Assembly (NCBI GenBank): GCA_013390605.1
Contig: JACAUB010000001.1
Span: 5,054,250-5,118,249 of the forward strand
DNA length: 64,000 nt
Direction of reading: 5' to 3'
From: Bacteroidota bacterium
GTDB lineage: Bacteria > Bacteroidota > Bacteroidia > Bacteroidales > Cfx3-03
Shown here piece after piece: positions 10,189 through 21,118 of the stretch; the stretch's first letter is position 1; each line of letters begins with the position of its first letter. Under the pieces are notes generated by a model. The model was given only the letters and a program-made list of their open reading frames with translations, was not told the origin of the DNA and ran no database searches. The position numbers were made by a program, and so were the translations under genes.

Positions 10189-10797
10189 ATGCCTCTTGAT
10201 TTAATATTATATATCACGAAATACGGGTATCTGGCTATTTTTTTACTCGTTTTTCTTCAGGAAATAGGAGCTCCCAATCCCATTCCCAACGAATTGGTGC
10301 TTCTCTTTTCCGGATACATGATATTTTTAGGGATACTTAAACTACCATTAGTTATCCTCGCTGCTATACTTGCCGACTTTATAGGAACCAGCATATTGCA
10401 TACTGTGTTTTATTTTTCAGGAGCTTACATTCTTCAACACAAACCACGTTGGTTACCAATTCCAACCCAAACTATTCATAAACTTAAACAACGAATTTCT
10501 AAAAATGGCCTTGGTGGAATTTATATTGGTCGACTAACTCCTTTTATTCGTGGCTATACATCTGTCATTGCCGGATTACTTCAAATTGAAGCCAGAATAT
10601 TTTTACCAATTGCGTTGATCACTGCTTCGATCTGGGTCACAATGTATGTAACGGCTGGTATTTTACTAGGCCCTTTCTGGAGTCAGGTTGTGGCAAATAT
10701 CAATAATATTAAATATTACATGTTGTTTATATTTTCTGCTGGTCTATTAATCATCATTATCCGTTCATTAATAAAATACAGAACTGTAAAAAGATGA
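10189..10797 (+). CDS. DedA family membrane protein
   Basis: YGYLAIFLLVFLQEIGAPNPIPNE and GRLTPFIRGYTSVIAG motifs; hydrophobic, 202 aa. Confidence 0.9.
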   Translation: MPLDLILYITKYGYLAIFLLVFLQEIGAPNPIPNELVLLFSGYMIFLGILKLPLVILAAILADFIGTSILHTVFYFSGAYILQHKPRWLPIPTQTIHKLKQRISKNGLGGIYIGRLTPFIRGYTSVIAGLLQIEARIFLPIALITASIWVTMYVTAGILLGPFWSQVVANINNIKYYMLFIFSAGLLIIIIRSLIKYRTVKR

Positions 10798-10949
10798 ACA
10801 CTAAGTGGGCATTCTTTCTTTTGATTTGAAATATAAGTGGCATGCAAGTGAATGATAAAATGATGAAACGAGCATGTTCTAAAAGTAAAGAAGCTAAAAC
10901 TAATTTAATATACGAGTTCTATAAACCTTAATTTAAAAACTTATAACTG

Positions 10950-11987
10950 ATGAAAGTACATGTTGTTTCGGAATCAATATATATTACAAAAGGCAATGGT
11001 GTCCATACGGCTTTTATGGAATTAATCGAATTACTGAAAGAAAAAAATGATGTAGAGGTAGTTGTAAATGAGGAAGGTCATGGCGATGTTTTTCATTGTC
11101 ATACTTATGGGCCGTATTATTTTTGGAAAGGTCTACGATATAAGGGGCGAAGAATCCATACCGTACATGTTATTCCTGATTCTATCAAAGGGTCATTGCC
11201 TTATTGGCGAATATTTATGCCTTTTGTTAAATGGTATTTCAAGATGGTTTATTCGTATGCAGATGTTTGTCTAGCCATTTCTCCAATGGTTGAACAAGGA
11301 ATCAAAGATCTGGGTGCTAATACACGAATAGTAAAGCTATCTAATCCTATTCATGTTGAAAAATGGAAACGTACAGCTGAAATGCGAAGTGAGGGACGTA
11401 GAATGTTAGGTTTATCAGATACTGATTTTGTAGTATTAGGAGTGGGGCAACTACAAGGGAGAAAAGGGGTAGAAGATTTTCTCGATGTTGCTGAATCCAT
11501 TCCTGAAGCGCAGTTTGTTTGGGCCGGTGGCAGGCCTTTTGGTGTATTTACTGAAGGTATAACGCGAATTGATGCAAAAGTTGCAAAGTCAGCACAAGTT
11601 AAATTTACCGGGATGCTCGATTTAGATAAAATGCCTTTTATATATGCGGCAGCTGATTTATTATTATTTCCTTCTTATCAGGAGAACTGTCCGTTGGCTC
11701 CGCTGGAAGCTGCAGCTTCAGGTATGCCAGTAGTTTTCAGGAATATTAAAGAATATACTTTACTATATGAAAATACTTATCTGAAAGCGAATACTACATC
11801 TGAGTTTATTGAACTTACAAGAAGATTGATGCACGACAAATCTTTCTATGAACAAGGCTTGAAAATTTCAGAAGAGATGATCATGCAATTTGATAAAAAG
11901 ATAATCAGGGAAAAGTTGATACAACTCTATCAGGAGTTAAGTTATAATAGAAATAGAATCCCGCTTCACAAATTGTCTGTCCGATAG
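10950..11987 (+). CDS. glycosyltransferase family 4 (glycolipid synthase-like)
   Basis: GVGQLQGRKGVEDF and FPSYQENCPLAPLEAAASG (E-x7-E) GT-B motifs. Confidence 0.88.
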   Translation: MKVHVVSESIYITKGNGVHTAFMELIELLKEKNDVEVVVNEEGHGDVFHCHTYGPYYFWKGLRYKGRRIHTVHVIPDSIKGSLPYWRIFMPFVKWYFKMVYSYADVCLAISPMVEQGIKDLGANTRIVKLSNPIHVEKWKRTAEMRSEGRRMLGLSDTDFVVLGVGQLQGRKGVEDFLDVAESIPEAQFVWAGGRPFGVFTEGITRIDAKVAKSAQVKFTGMLDLDKMPFIYAAADLLLFPSYQENCPLAPLEAAASGMPVVFRNIKEYTLLYENTYLKANTTSEFIELTRRLMHDKSFYEQGLKISEEMIMQFDKKIIREKLIQLYQELSYNRNRIPLHKLSVR

Positions 11988-12237
11988 TCAATCCGTCTTC
12001 TAATCATTTATATTTTAGTACTATTATGAAAATAGATTATGATAAGAGTCCTGATCGATTTAATCCTTATTCCCTGAAAATCAGAACTAATCGGTTTCGT
12101 ATATGCCTTAATATGATTGAAAAAGAAATGATTTAAATAAAACATTATTGATTCTTCTTATCATAACTTCAGGCTTTTCTAATCCGCCATTAGCAGTTGT
12201 CGTAAATATAGAACTGTCAGGATCGGTATATTATGAT

Positions 12238-13656
12238 TTACTTTAATGGTAATTTAGACTCAAATACTTTAAATCTAGTGTCAAGGTTTCTTAACAATTG
12301 TTTTTTAACGGCATCCTCTTTAATAAAACTATATGTAATACTATTGTACACAAACTGTTTTATATCTGAATAGCTGATGTTTCTATATCTCTTTGCAAGT
12401 AGTACATATTGTTCTGTCATGCTGGTTCTTAGAATGCCCGCGTCGTCAGTACTAATTACGATAGGTACTCCAAATTCCTTATAGAGGGTTATTGGATGAC
12501 GATCATCTTTTACTTTTAAAATAAACTCATTACTTGCCAGATTTATTTCTACCGGGATTTTATTCTTGCTCATATAGCGTAATAGCTCATAGCAATTCTC
12601 TTCATAAGGGATGTCGACACCGTGACCTATCCGATTTGCTTTTGCAGTATAAATAGCTGAACTTATATGCCATGTAAGTTCTTCCGGCTGGACAAGTCCT
12701 ATTGTAAGTTCACCCGCATGCAAGGTGTATTTTACATCAGGAAAACGAGAATGACAATATTTAAACATGAGCATGTGTAACCAGTAATCTTTCATCGAAA
12801 CTTCACCATCTTCAGGCGCAACGATATTTACTCCTGCAATTAAAGGACTATTATTTGCTGAGATAAAACTTACAACCAGTCTTTTAAAGAGATCAACCGG
12901 ATCCATAAATCGTAGTACGAAATTTTGATATCTCATTGTAAAATGATCATCATCTATCTTTAAACTGTTATGCCGTTTTGCAATAAAATCTTTGTTGAAA
13001 CTTTCTGCATATCCTTTCGCACCTCTTTGAAGAAAAGTATAGTATAGCGAGTCAAACAACTGCATAATCGCTTTCTCATTATGGTTTTCTGATAATTGAC
13101 GCAATTGGGGATTGTAAATATTTAAATCAGCACTCGGCATTTCAAAAATTACGGGAGATAATTGTGTTTCAATGTAGCTTAAGTTTTCTTTAATAGCTCT
13201 GTTTTTTAATTCTAGTAATCCTTCATCGAAATGACCATCTATAACATGCCAAAACTTATCAAAAGAATCGAAAAATAATTTATCAGAAGGGTAATCCACA
13301 TTATTGTAGTCTTTTACTGACCAATTCTGCATAATTTTTAACTTATATTTTTCTAGTTCGCCAGAACGCTGTAGTGTCGAAAATTGTTTCCATGATCCGT
13401 TTGAAGGTTTCTCTTTTTCAACCTGCATTGTTTCAGTGTTCAAATAAAGATTCTCTGATATGGCTCGTTTAAGAAGTGATTCGGCATATATTGCTCCTGA
13501 ATAATGATGATGTAAATCGCCACCTTTAGGCATTTGAGAGAAGAATGCAATTAGGGAAGCTTCATTGTTTCTTATTTTTTCAAAGTATTGATTTACATTC
13601 TGAGAAAAACCGATATTTAGTATGAGTGTAAGCGCAAGCGTTAAAAGAAATTTCAT
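12238..13656 (-). CDS. secreted adenosine deaminase (ADA2/ADGF-like)
   Basis: Signal peptide; MPKGGDLHHH, LHAGE, RIGHG, ISTDD metal and catalytic motifs. Confidence 0.88.
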   Translation of the reverse strand: MKFLLTLALTLILNIGFSQNVNQYFEKIRNNEASLIAFFSQMPKGGDLHHHYSGAIYAESLLKRAISENLYLNTETMQVEKEKPSNGSWKQFSTLQRSGELEKYKLKIMQNWSVKDYNNVDYPSDKLFFDSFDKFWHVIDGHFDEGLLELKNRAIKENLSYIETQLSPVIFEMPSADLNIYNPQLRQLSENHNEKAIMQLFDSLYYTFLQRGAKGYAESFNKDFIAKRHNSLKIDDDHFTMRYQNFVLRFMDPVDLFKRLVVSFISANNSPLIAGVNIVAPEDGEVSMKDYWLHMLMFKYCHSRFPDVKYTLHAGELTIGLVQPEELTWHISSAIYTAKANRIGHGVDIPYEENCYELLRYMSKNKIPVEINLASNEFILKVKDDRHPITLYKEFGVPIVISTDDAGILRTSMTEQYVLLAKRYRNISYSDIKQFVYNSITYSFIKEDAVKKQLLRNLDTRFKVFESKLPLK

Positions 13657-14011
13657 ATTCTATATTTTAGATTTCAGGTTATTTATGAAATAAAAGTTGT
13701 GAGGAGCCATGCTTTAATTCATCTTTCAAAAAGCAATTATATCAACCTAAATGAGTTGCTTCTATGCTCATAAAACAATTATTATTTTTCAAAATTACTA
13801 CTTTATCATTAAAAACTGATGGAATTTATTTTTATTGACAACCGATAACAAATGAAAGATTAATAGCATTTTACCACTTGTAGAATATAGATTGCAATTT
13901 TGTTTCTTAAGTGTTCTTTTAATGGTTTGATACTTTTGATTAGAAAAACCTAATGAATAAGAAACTTACTTATCTTTGGTTATTGTAGTATAAATGATAG
14001 CACGTAAAAAG

Positions 14012-14875
14012 ATGAAAAAATATCTGATGTTGGCAGCTGTAACATTCACTCTATTTGCATTTATGAGTGATAAAAAAGCATATCAATTATTTGATACCAA
14101 TGGGAAAGAATCCCAATATGTTAAACTGCTGGAAGCTGCTAAAAATGCTGATGTAATTCTTTTTGGTGAGTTGCACGATAATCCTATTGATCATTGGCTG
14201 GAACAAGAATTAACGAAAGATCTTTATACGATAAAGAAGCAAAATCTTATATTGGGTGCTGAAATGTTCGAATCTGATGATCAGATTACTGTCGATGAAT
14301 ACCTTTCAGGTGCTGTTTCCGAAAAGACATTAAAAGAAGAAGCCAAGCTATGGACCAATTTCCCCAGCGACTATAAGCCTTTATTAGATTTTGCTAAGAA
14401 GAATAAACTACAATTTGTAGCTGCCAATATCCCTCGTCGGTATGCCAATATGGTTTATACAAAAGGATTAGAAAAACTTGATAGCATCAATGGAGAAGCC
14501 AAAAGATGGATTGCTCCACTTCCAATTCAATATGATGGGACACTGAAGTGTTATGCAGATATTTTCAAACAGGCTCAGGGTCATGGAGGTCAAAACCTGC
14601 CTAAGGCACAAGCTATCAAGGATGCGACTATGGCATACTTCATTCTGAAGAATATCTCTGTCGGGAAGACCCTCATTCATTTTAACGGTTCTTATCACAG
14701 TGATTGGCATCAGGGAATCGAGTGGTATCTCAGAAAATCAAATCCAGCTTTGAAGATCTTAACCATTGGATCTACTGAACAGGAGAAGCTGGACGAACTG
14801 GACAAGGAAAACCTCGGGCTGGCTGATTTTATCCTTTGTACACCTGCATCGATGAGCAAAACTTATCGTCCTTAG
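14012..14875 (+). CDS. ChaN family (heme/iron-associated) exported protein
   Basis: VILFGELHD, LGAEMFE, DYKPL, QAIKDATMA, HFNGSYHS. Start at MKKYL preferred; TATCTTTG -7 box at 13971-13978. Confidence 0.8.
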   Translation: MKKYLMLAAVTFTLFAFMSDKKAYQLFDTNGKESQYVKLLEAAKNADVILFGELHDNPIDHWLEQELTKDLYTIKKQNLILGAEMFESDDQITVDEYLSGAVSEKTLKEEAKLWTNFPSDYKPLLDFAKKNKLQFVAANIPRRYANMVYTKGLEKLDSINGEAKRWIAPLPIQYDGTLKCYADIFKQAQGHGGQNLPKAQAIKDATMAYFILKNISVGKTLIHFNGSYHSDWHQGIEWYLRKSNPALKILTIGSTEQEKLDELDKENLGLADFILCTPASMSKTYRP

Positions 14876-15174
14876 CTTTTTGTTTTATATACAATTATCT
14901 AAAATTTTACTCACTCATTTATAGTTGTTCTATCTAAACGGTAAAACGATCAGGGACTTAATATCTATGGATTTTTATTGAACTAATTTTATTATAAATA
15001 GTTGTATTAGCAGTCTAAATTCAATAATCATACTTCGTTTTAATCCCCTTTCATTATAACTTGACGATTCCACCACTGTTTTAAAGGGGAAGTTTTTAAT
15101 GTAACGCTGCATAATCGGTCTTAGATCCGGCGTTTATCAATTAATGATGTAACACATTTAAAATTTCTTTAATT

Positions 15175-17076
15175 ATGGAACAGTCTTTCGACCCCATTAA
15201 AAACATCTATTTTCCTTCGAAGGAAATCTTGAAAAATGCGAACGTTAAGAATTACGAATCACTTTACGCTAAGTCAATAGAAGATCGTGAAGGGTTTTGG
15301 GCTGCCGAAGCTGCGAAGCTTGCGTGGTATAAGAAGTGGAATAAAGTAGTTGATGATAGTGAAAAACCTTTTTACAAATGGTTTACCGGTGGTAAAATCA
15401 ATATTATTCACAATGCATTAGATCGGCATCAAAAGAATGCTACGCGGAATAAGCTTGCAATCGTTTGGGAAGGCGAACCGGGAGATGTTAGATCTTTTTC
15501 GTATCATGCATTAAATCGCGAAGTTTCCAGATTTGCAAATGTCCTAAGAGCCATGGGTGCGCGAAAGGGTGAGGTGGTTACAATATATATGCCGCAAATA
15601 CCTGAAATGGTCGTCGCTATGCTGGCTTGTGCTAAGATAGGAGCGCCACATAGTGTTGTTTATGGTGGCTTTAGTGTAGAAGCTTTGGCTGAGCGGATTG
15701 AAGATGCCCAAAGCAGAATTCTCATTACTTCGGATGGTGGTTTTCGTAGAGGAAAGCCAACACAGTTAAAGAAAATAGCTAACGAAGCGATGCAGCGATC
15801 GGCAACTATTGAGGTCTGTATTACGGTGAAGCGCACTGGTGAAGAATGCTACATGGAAAATGATCGCGATTTCTGGTATCATGATCTCATGGGGATGCCT
15901 ATAGCCAATTCAGGAAGTCAGACTGAACAAACAGATGCTGAAGACCCACTCTTTATTTTATACACTTCAGGCACTACCGGAAAGCCCAAAGGTCTTGTAC
16001 ATACCCATGGGGGTTATGCTGTATATACTTCTACTACCTACAATTATGTATTTGACATTAAACCTGAAGACCGTTGGTGGTGTGCTGCTGATCCGGGATG
16101 GATTACGGGACACAGTTATATTGTTTATGCTCCACTGATTAATGGTGCCACCATCATGATGTATGAGGGGGCACCCAATCATCCTTATCCTAACAGGTGG
16201 TGGCAGATTGTTGAAAAATATGGCATTAATATTTTATATACTTCTCCTACAGCCATTCGGGGGCTCATGCGTTTCGGTGCTTCGTGGGCTGATCGACACA
16301 ACCTTAGTTCATTACGATTATTGGGTTCTGTTGGCGAACCGATTAATCCGGAAGCCTGGAAATGGTATAATGAGGTGATTGGAAAAAAACGATGCCCTAT
16401 TATGGATACCTGGTGGCAGACTGAAACCGGTGGTTTTATGATTACACCATTACCGATCATGCCTCTGAAACCGGGTTCGGCTGCTAAGCCTTTCTTTGGA
16501 AACGAAATAGCAATAGTTGATGATCAAGGTATTGAAGTTAAGCAGGGCGAAGAGGGTAATCTGATCATTAAGAATCCATGGCCGGGAATGGCCAGAACAA
16601 TATTAGGTGATCCTAAACGGTTTGTTGAAAAGTATTGGGAAAAATACAGTAAGCAAGGATGGTATCTGGCCGGTGACTCTGCACGGATTGATGAAGACGG
16701 CTACTATTGGATTATAGGTAGAATTGATGATGTAATTAAAGTGAGTGGATACCGTTTGGGTTCTGCTGAAATAGAGAGTGCCTTGGTCAGTCATCCTGCT
16801 GTTGCAGAAGCAGCAGCCATTGCTTTGCCCGATGAGTTACGAGGAAATATCATCCATACAACGGTAATTTTACGTCAGAACGTTACAGCTAGTCCTGCAC
16901 TTGTCGAAGAGTTGAAGATGCACGTTGAAAAGGAGATAGGGCCTATTGCTCGCCCTGCTTTTGTGGAATTTGCCGAATCATTACCTAAAACCCGTTCCGG
17001 AAAAATCATGCGTAGATTGTTAAAAGCACGCGCTCTTGGACAGGATATCGGCGATATTTCAACACTTGAAGAATAA
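15175..17076 (+). CDS. acs: acetyl-CoA synthetase
   Basis: YTSGTTGKPKG, ADPGWITGHSY, DTWWQTETGG, LPKTRSGKIMRR. Confidence 0.96.
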   Translation: MEQSFDPIKNIYFPSKEILKNANVKNYESLYAKSIEDREGFWAAEAAKLAWYKKWNKVVDDSEKPFYKWFTGGKINIIHNALDRHQKNATRNKLAIVWEGEPGDVRSFSYHALNREVSRFANVLRAMGARKGEVVTIYMPQIPEMVVAMLACAKIGAPHSVVYGGFSVEALAERIEDAQSRILITSDGGFRRGKPTQLKKIANEAMQRSATIEVCITVKRTGEECYMENDRDFWYHDLMGMPIANSGSQTEQTDAEDPLFILYTSGTTGKPKGLVHTHGGYAVYTSTTYNYVFDIKPEDRWWCAADPGWITGHSYIVYAPLINGATIMMYEGAPNHPYPNRWWQIVEKYGINILYTSPTAIRGLMRFGASWADRHNLSSLRLLGSVGEPINPEAWKWYNEVIGKKRCPIMDTWWQTETGGFMITPLPIMPLKPGSAAKPFFGNEIAIVDDQGIEVKQGEEGNLIIKNPWPGMARTILGDPKRFVEKYWEKYSKQGWYLAGDSARIDEDGYYWIIGRIDDVIKVSGYRLGSAEIESALVSHPAVAEAAAIALPDELRGNIIHTTVILRQNVTASPALVEELKMHVEKEIGPIARPAFVEFAESLPKTRSGKIMRRLLKARALGQDIGDISTLEE

Positions 17077-17085
17077 GTTTTATCT

Positions 17086-17124
17086 AAAAGAAGAGGCTGT
17101 TTTTTTTATGCAGCCCCTTCTTTT
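17086..17124. terminator. bidirectional intrinsic terminator between acs and GH3
   Basis: AAAAGAAGAGGCTGT...GCAGCCCCTTCTTTT between convergent genes. Confidence 0.75.
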
Positions 17125-17150
17125 GCTTAATATTCAATATTTTAAATGCT

Positions 17151-19475
17151 TTATCTTTTATATTTAATAACTCTTTTGTCTTTAATTACACCTTTCCAAT
17201 TTAATCCGAAGGCAAAGTCATAAACATTCTTTTCTGTATCAACGTAGCATTTCATATCGCGTGGTACATCTTCAAATTGTTCTTCAACCGTTTTCATGTT
17301 TACAGGCATCTGAAAAGGCAATAATCCTGAGGGTTCTGAAGAACCTGTTAAGACGTCTAGAATCGCTTGATTCTGAACGCCAAAATGGATTAGGATTGCA
17401 CTTGCACTTTTTTCGATTTCTGAAAATACCATAGGATTCGAAACCTTAACAATAACAATTACCGGCTTATTACCCATTTTTGCTTTGGTTTCGTTAACGG
17501 TTTTCATATCGTTGCTATTCGAAGCCACCGATGTTTTGTCTTTAAATGAACGATTCGTAAAACTTTCTAAAGGGCTTCCGCCTCCAACACTGATCTTCCG
17601 GGCAAAAGTTGCTTTATAGGGCTCGTATTGTAGGCTGATGGGCACATATCCGTTTCCATTCTGTTTCACGTCTGCTGATGAATACCCAACTCCTCCCTTT
17701 GGGCTGTCAATAAAAACCAACGCTATATCTGCTTTTTCCGGGGTTTCCACAACCTGAAAATATCTGTTTGCAAGTTCTGGTTTGATCGCATCTTCCCATT
17801 TCTCAGTTGTTTCAACACCAAACCAGTTGCGTCCACCTGGAATATATTTCTTGGGTATATACACCTTCAGCTGTTTTTGTAATGGTAGGGTTTTCTTCTG
17901 ATTTTTCAGCATCACAATTGAACGCAATTGTGCATCATATCCGGCTTTCATAAATTCAGGATTCCCTACGGTTTTCACTGTTTCGGCAACATCGAGGTAG
18001 GGATTCTCAAACAAACCGACTCTGAATATATTACGCAATAAACGTACTGCTGATGTTTCAAGGCGTTTACGCATATGTTCTTCTCCATATTTCGAAACGC
18101 CCATTTTATAAGCTTCAATCACGGGCCCCATTTCGTTGTTGCCCCCAAATTGATCAATACCAGCTTCGATAGCTTTAAAGTGGCGTTCGACTTCAGTTAG
18201 TTTTTCAACACCCCAACATTTTCCTTGAAACAAATCAATGGCTTTTGTGTCTTTGGTAATCATCCAATCAGTGCATACAACTCCATCGTAACCATATTTT
18301 CCCCTTAATAAGTCTGTTATTAAATATTTATTGTAGCTGTTGCCAACATTCTCACCATTTACCTTGTCTTGATTAAACGAAATAGTGTAATATGGCATTA
18401 CTGCTGATGCAATTTTAGTTGCACCTTCCAGTTTAAAAGCACCTTCGGTAAATGGTTTTAGGTGGTCCTTTAAATTATTGCCGGGATAAACAGCATAAGC
18501 GCCATAGCCAAAATGAGCATCGCGACCTCCTTCTTCAGGTCCACCGCCAGGCCAGTGTTTTACCATTGCATTTACACTTTTATAGCCCCAGCCCCCAGCG
18601 ATCATAGAACTGCCTGTCGATGTCTGAAATCCATCTACGTAAGCTCTGGCCATATCTGTGGTCAGATTTGGGTCTTCGCCCATTGTTCCGTCAAAACGAC
18701 TCCAACGTGGTTCAGTGGCTAAGTCTATTTGGGGAGAAAGTGCAGTTGCAATTCCTAATGCACGGTATTCTGTAGCTGCAATCTGCCCAAATTGTTTCAT
18801 TAGCTGTGGGTCGAAAGAAGCTGCAATACCTAAACTTCCCGGCCACATCGATATTTTACCTCCTGATCCTGCATTATATTCAGCATATGCGTCGCTACCA
18901 TGACGTGGATCGGAGCTATTATTGGCAGGTATTCCCAAACCGATTCCTTCGACCAGAGCTTGTGCGTTATTATTCCATTGTGCGGCAATAGCAGGACTTT
19001 GAACAGAAGTAATCAGCACATGCCGTAGATTATCTTTTGTCAGAAAGGTTTTTTGTTGATCAGATAAGTCGCTGGCCAAAGCGCCACTTTCAGAAAATGG
19101 TTTATTATTGTAGGTTCCACTGAACTGGCCTCCTCCCATTGCCGCAATGGCTTGGTGGGCACTATACAGCATCAGTCCTGCAATTTGTTCTATCGACATT
19201 TTTGAAGCCAGATCTTTGGCTCGTACATCAACAGGCAAACGCCAATCTTCATATATATCCAGTTTCCCGTTTTTATTCAGATCTTTAAAAGCGAACCCAT
19301 CAATTGTTAAGATTTGAACACCGGAAGTTGGCGCATAGCCAAGTGTTTGCCCTCCTTCGTTTTTGATCAGTTTAAATCCTCTTTTGTCTGTTGCCGTCCA
19401 TTTCGGACAGTGACCAAAGCAAAAAAGTAAAGTTGCTAATACTCCTAATAAACAAATGTTTATGCCTCTTTTCAT
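17151..19475 (-). CDS. glycoside hydrolase family 3 (beta-glucosidase-like)
   Basis: SSDPRH, EPRWSR, MVKHWPGGG, MPYY, GVVCTDW nucleophile motif, PSGLLP C-terminal domain. Confidence 0.92.
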   Translation of the reverse strand: MKRGINICLLGVLATLLFCFGHCPKWTATDKRGFKLIKNEGGQTLGYAPTSGVQILTIDGFAFKDLNKNGKLDIYEDWRLPVDVRAKDLASKMSIEQIAGLMLYSAHQAIAAMGGGQFSGTYNNKPFSESGALASDLSDQQKTFLTKDNLRHVLITSVQSPAIAAQWNNNAQALVEGIGLGIPANNSSDPRHGSDAYAEYNAGSGGKISMWPGSLGIAASFDPQLMKQFGQIAATEYRALGIATALSPQIDLATEPRWSRFDGTMGEDPNLTTDMARAYVDGFQTSTGSSMIAGGWGYKSVNAMVKHWPGGGPEEGGRDAHFGYGAYAVYPGNNLKDHLKPFTEGAFKLEGATKIASAVMPYYTISFNQDKVNGENVGNSYNKYLITDLLRGKYGYDGVVCTDWMITKDTKAIDLFQGKCWGVEKLTEVERHFKAIEAGIDQFGGNNEMGPVIEAYKMGVSKYGEEHMRKRLETSAVRLLRNIFRVGLFENPYLDVAETVKTVGNPEFMKAGYDAQLRSIVMLKNQKKTLPLQKQLKVYIPKKYIPGGRNWFGVETTEKWEDAIKPELANRYFQVVETPEKADIALVFIDSPKGGVGYSSADVKQNGNGYVPISLQYEPYKATFARKISVGGGSPLESFTNRSFKDKTSVASNSNDMKTVNETKAKMGNKPVIVIVKVSNPMVFSEIEKSASAILIHFGVQNQAILDVLTGSSEPSGLLPFQMPVNMKTVEEQFEDVPRDMKCYVDTEKNVYDFAFGLNWKGVIKDKRVIKYKR

Positions 19476-19492
19476 GTCTGAATTGGATTATG

Positions 19493-21118
19493 CTATTTCT
19501 TTGTTGGGAAATAGAAACTGTTCAAAAAATCATAACGTTTTTCGAGATCACTATTTGTTGTTATATGTGTATCCACATCAATTTGAAGAACTCCAGGTAC
19601 CACTTTATTGTTAATTGCCGGCCATTTAGTAACACCTAACCCATTAGGATTTCCTGTCTTAACGAAATTTAAATAATAAGATTGAAAAATTTCGGAAACA
19701 ACAAAATCATCTTGTTGCCAATCGTAAACCCGATTTGTATACAGGTTTCCCATTGCATATTCAATATCTGCTGAATGTACAGCTCCTGTTGCTTTTGGGG
19801 TTTTTGAAATATTTTTAGCAGGCGCATCCTGAACGCCACCGGCTAGTCCAGGTATTTTATTTCCCATTGTTGCCACCATATCTGGTCGTGGATGACAAAA
19901 AAGATAGCGAAATACTGGCTTTCCGCCGGTCTTTTTTTGGATATCTGTCCATTTCCATGTGCTGAATCCAATAAACATATCAGAAGCGAGGTCGGTAGCT
20001 GCAGATATAACTGAAGCATCATCCGTTACATGATACAATTCAATTATTTTATCAGCCTTATCTCCAAATCTGTTTTTCACCACCTCTTTAAAATTGACCA
20101 AGGTAGGTTCTTTGCCTCCTAATAAAAACTGATAAACCATCTCCTGTGAGTTCCAACCTATCAATGAAGGTATTTTGGCTTGTTCCCCATTGGAATAAAT
20201 ATCGACAGGCGATTTGGGTAAGAAATATCCATCAATAGTGGATGAAAATTGTCCCTTTGCTGCTAAAAGTTTTTCGGCAGGAATAGCTCTAAGACTTAAA
20301 AGCGTTTCGGCATTAAGGCTTTTGGCAACTTTTTGACCGTTTTTTTCTGCCTCAGCTAATGGGATAGGAGAAAGAGCTCCCATTAATGAGCCACTTGACC
20401 CGATTGCTCCTGAGATTAGATCTTTTGATAAGGGTGAACACATTTGGGCACTTACAGATATTGAACCGGCTGACTCACCTGCTATAGTTACCCTTTGGGG
20501 ATCACCTCCAAAAGCAGAAATATTTGCTTTAACCCATTTCAAAGCAGCTGTTTGATCCAGATATCCGTAATTCCCTGATGCATGTCTGGGCGACTCACTC
20601 GATAATTCAGGGTGTGAAAAGAAACCAAAAATACCTAACCGGTAATTTACAGTAATGGCGATGATGCCTTTTCTAGCCAAGGTTTCACCGGCATAACGTG
20701 GTTCACAACCACCACCTGCTACCAGACCACCTCCATAAAAGTAAACCAATACAGGTAATTTTTCATTACCCGTAACTGCCGGTGTCCATATATTCAGGTA
20801 AAGACAATCCTCACTCATTTTGTCGGAACCAAAATTCATATCACCAAATAAGGCAAGTTGCATAGGTCGCGGTCCGAACTTAATCGCTTCTCGAATGCCC
20901 TCCCAATTTTTAACAGGTTGAGGTTCTTTCCATCTGTTTTCTCCTACAGGAGGAGCTGCAAAAGGAACCCCTTTGAAAATTTTTACTCCTGAATTATTGA
21001 TTCCTTCAATAACCCCATTGGCAATTTTTACTTTTGGTGCATTATTGTTTAATTGAGCAAAAGTTGATGAGCTAATTGCCAGTAACATCAATGAAAACAC
21101 TAAGTATACTTTATACAT
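19493..21118 (-). CDS. carboxylesterase type B, secreted
   Basis: FKGVPFAAPP, SEDCLYLNIW, GESAG nucleophile, HSADI. Confidence 0.92.
   Translation of the reverse strand: MYKVYLVFSLMLLAISSSTFAQLNNNAPKVKIANGVIEGINNSGVKIFKGVPFAAPPVGENRWKEPQPVKNWEGIREAIKFGPRPMQLALFGDMNFGSDKMSEDCLYLNIWTPAVTGNEKLPVLVYFYGGGLVAGGGCEPRYAGETLARKGIIAITVNYRLGIFGFFSHPELSSESPRHASGNYGYLDQTAALKWVKANISAFGGDPQRVTIAGESAGSISVSAQMCSPLSKDLISGAIGSSGSLMGALSPIPLAEAEKNGQKVAKSLNAETLLSLRAIPAEKLLAAKGQFSSTIDGYFLPKSPVDIYSNGEQAKIPSLIGWNSQEMVYQFLLGGKEPTLVNFKEVVKNRFGDKADKIIELYHVTDDASVISAATDLASDMFIGFSTWKWTDIQKKTGGKPVFRYLFCHPRPDMVATMGNKIPGLAGGVQDAPAKNISKTPKATGAVHSADIEYAMGNLYTNRVYDWQQDDFVVSEIFQSYYLNFVKTGNPNGLGVTKWPAINNKVVPGVLQIDVDTHITTNSDLEKRYDFLNSFYFPTKK

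Noticed and set aside
12026-12136. 36-aa ORF after the GT4 gene (MKIDYDKSPDRF...)
   Set aside because: No motif, hydrophobic segment or other support.
15040-15174. Structured leader upstream of acs (TCCCCTTT/AAAGGGGA; AACGCTG/CGGCGTT)
   Set aside because: Short stems, no terminator or known aptamer motif; cannot be distinguished from chance.
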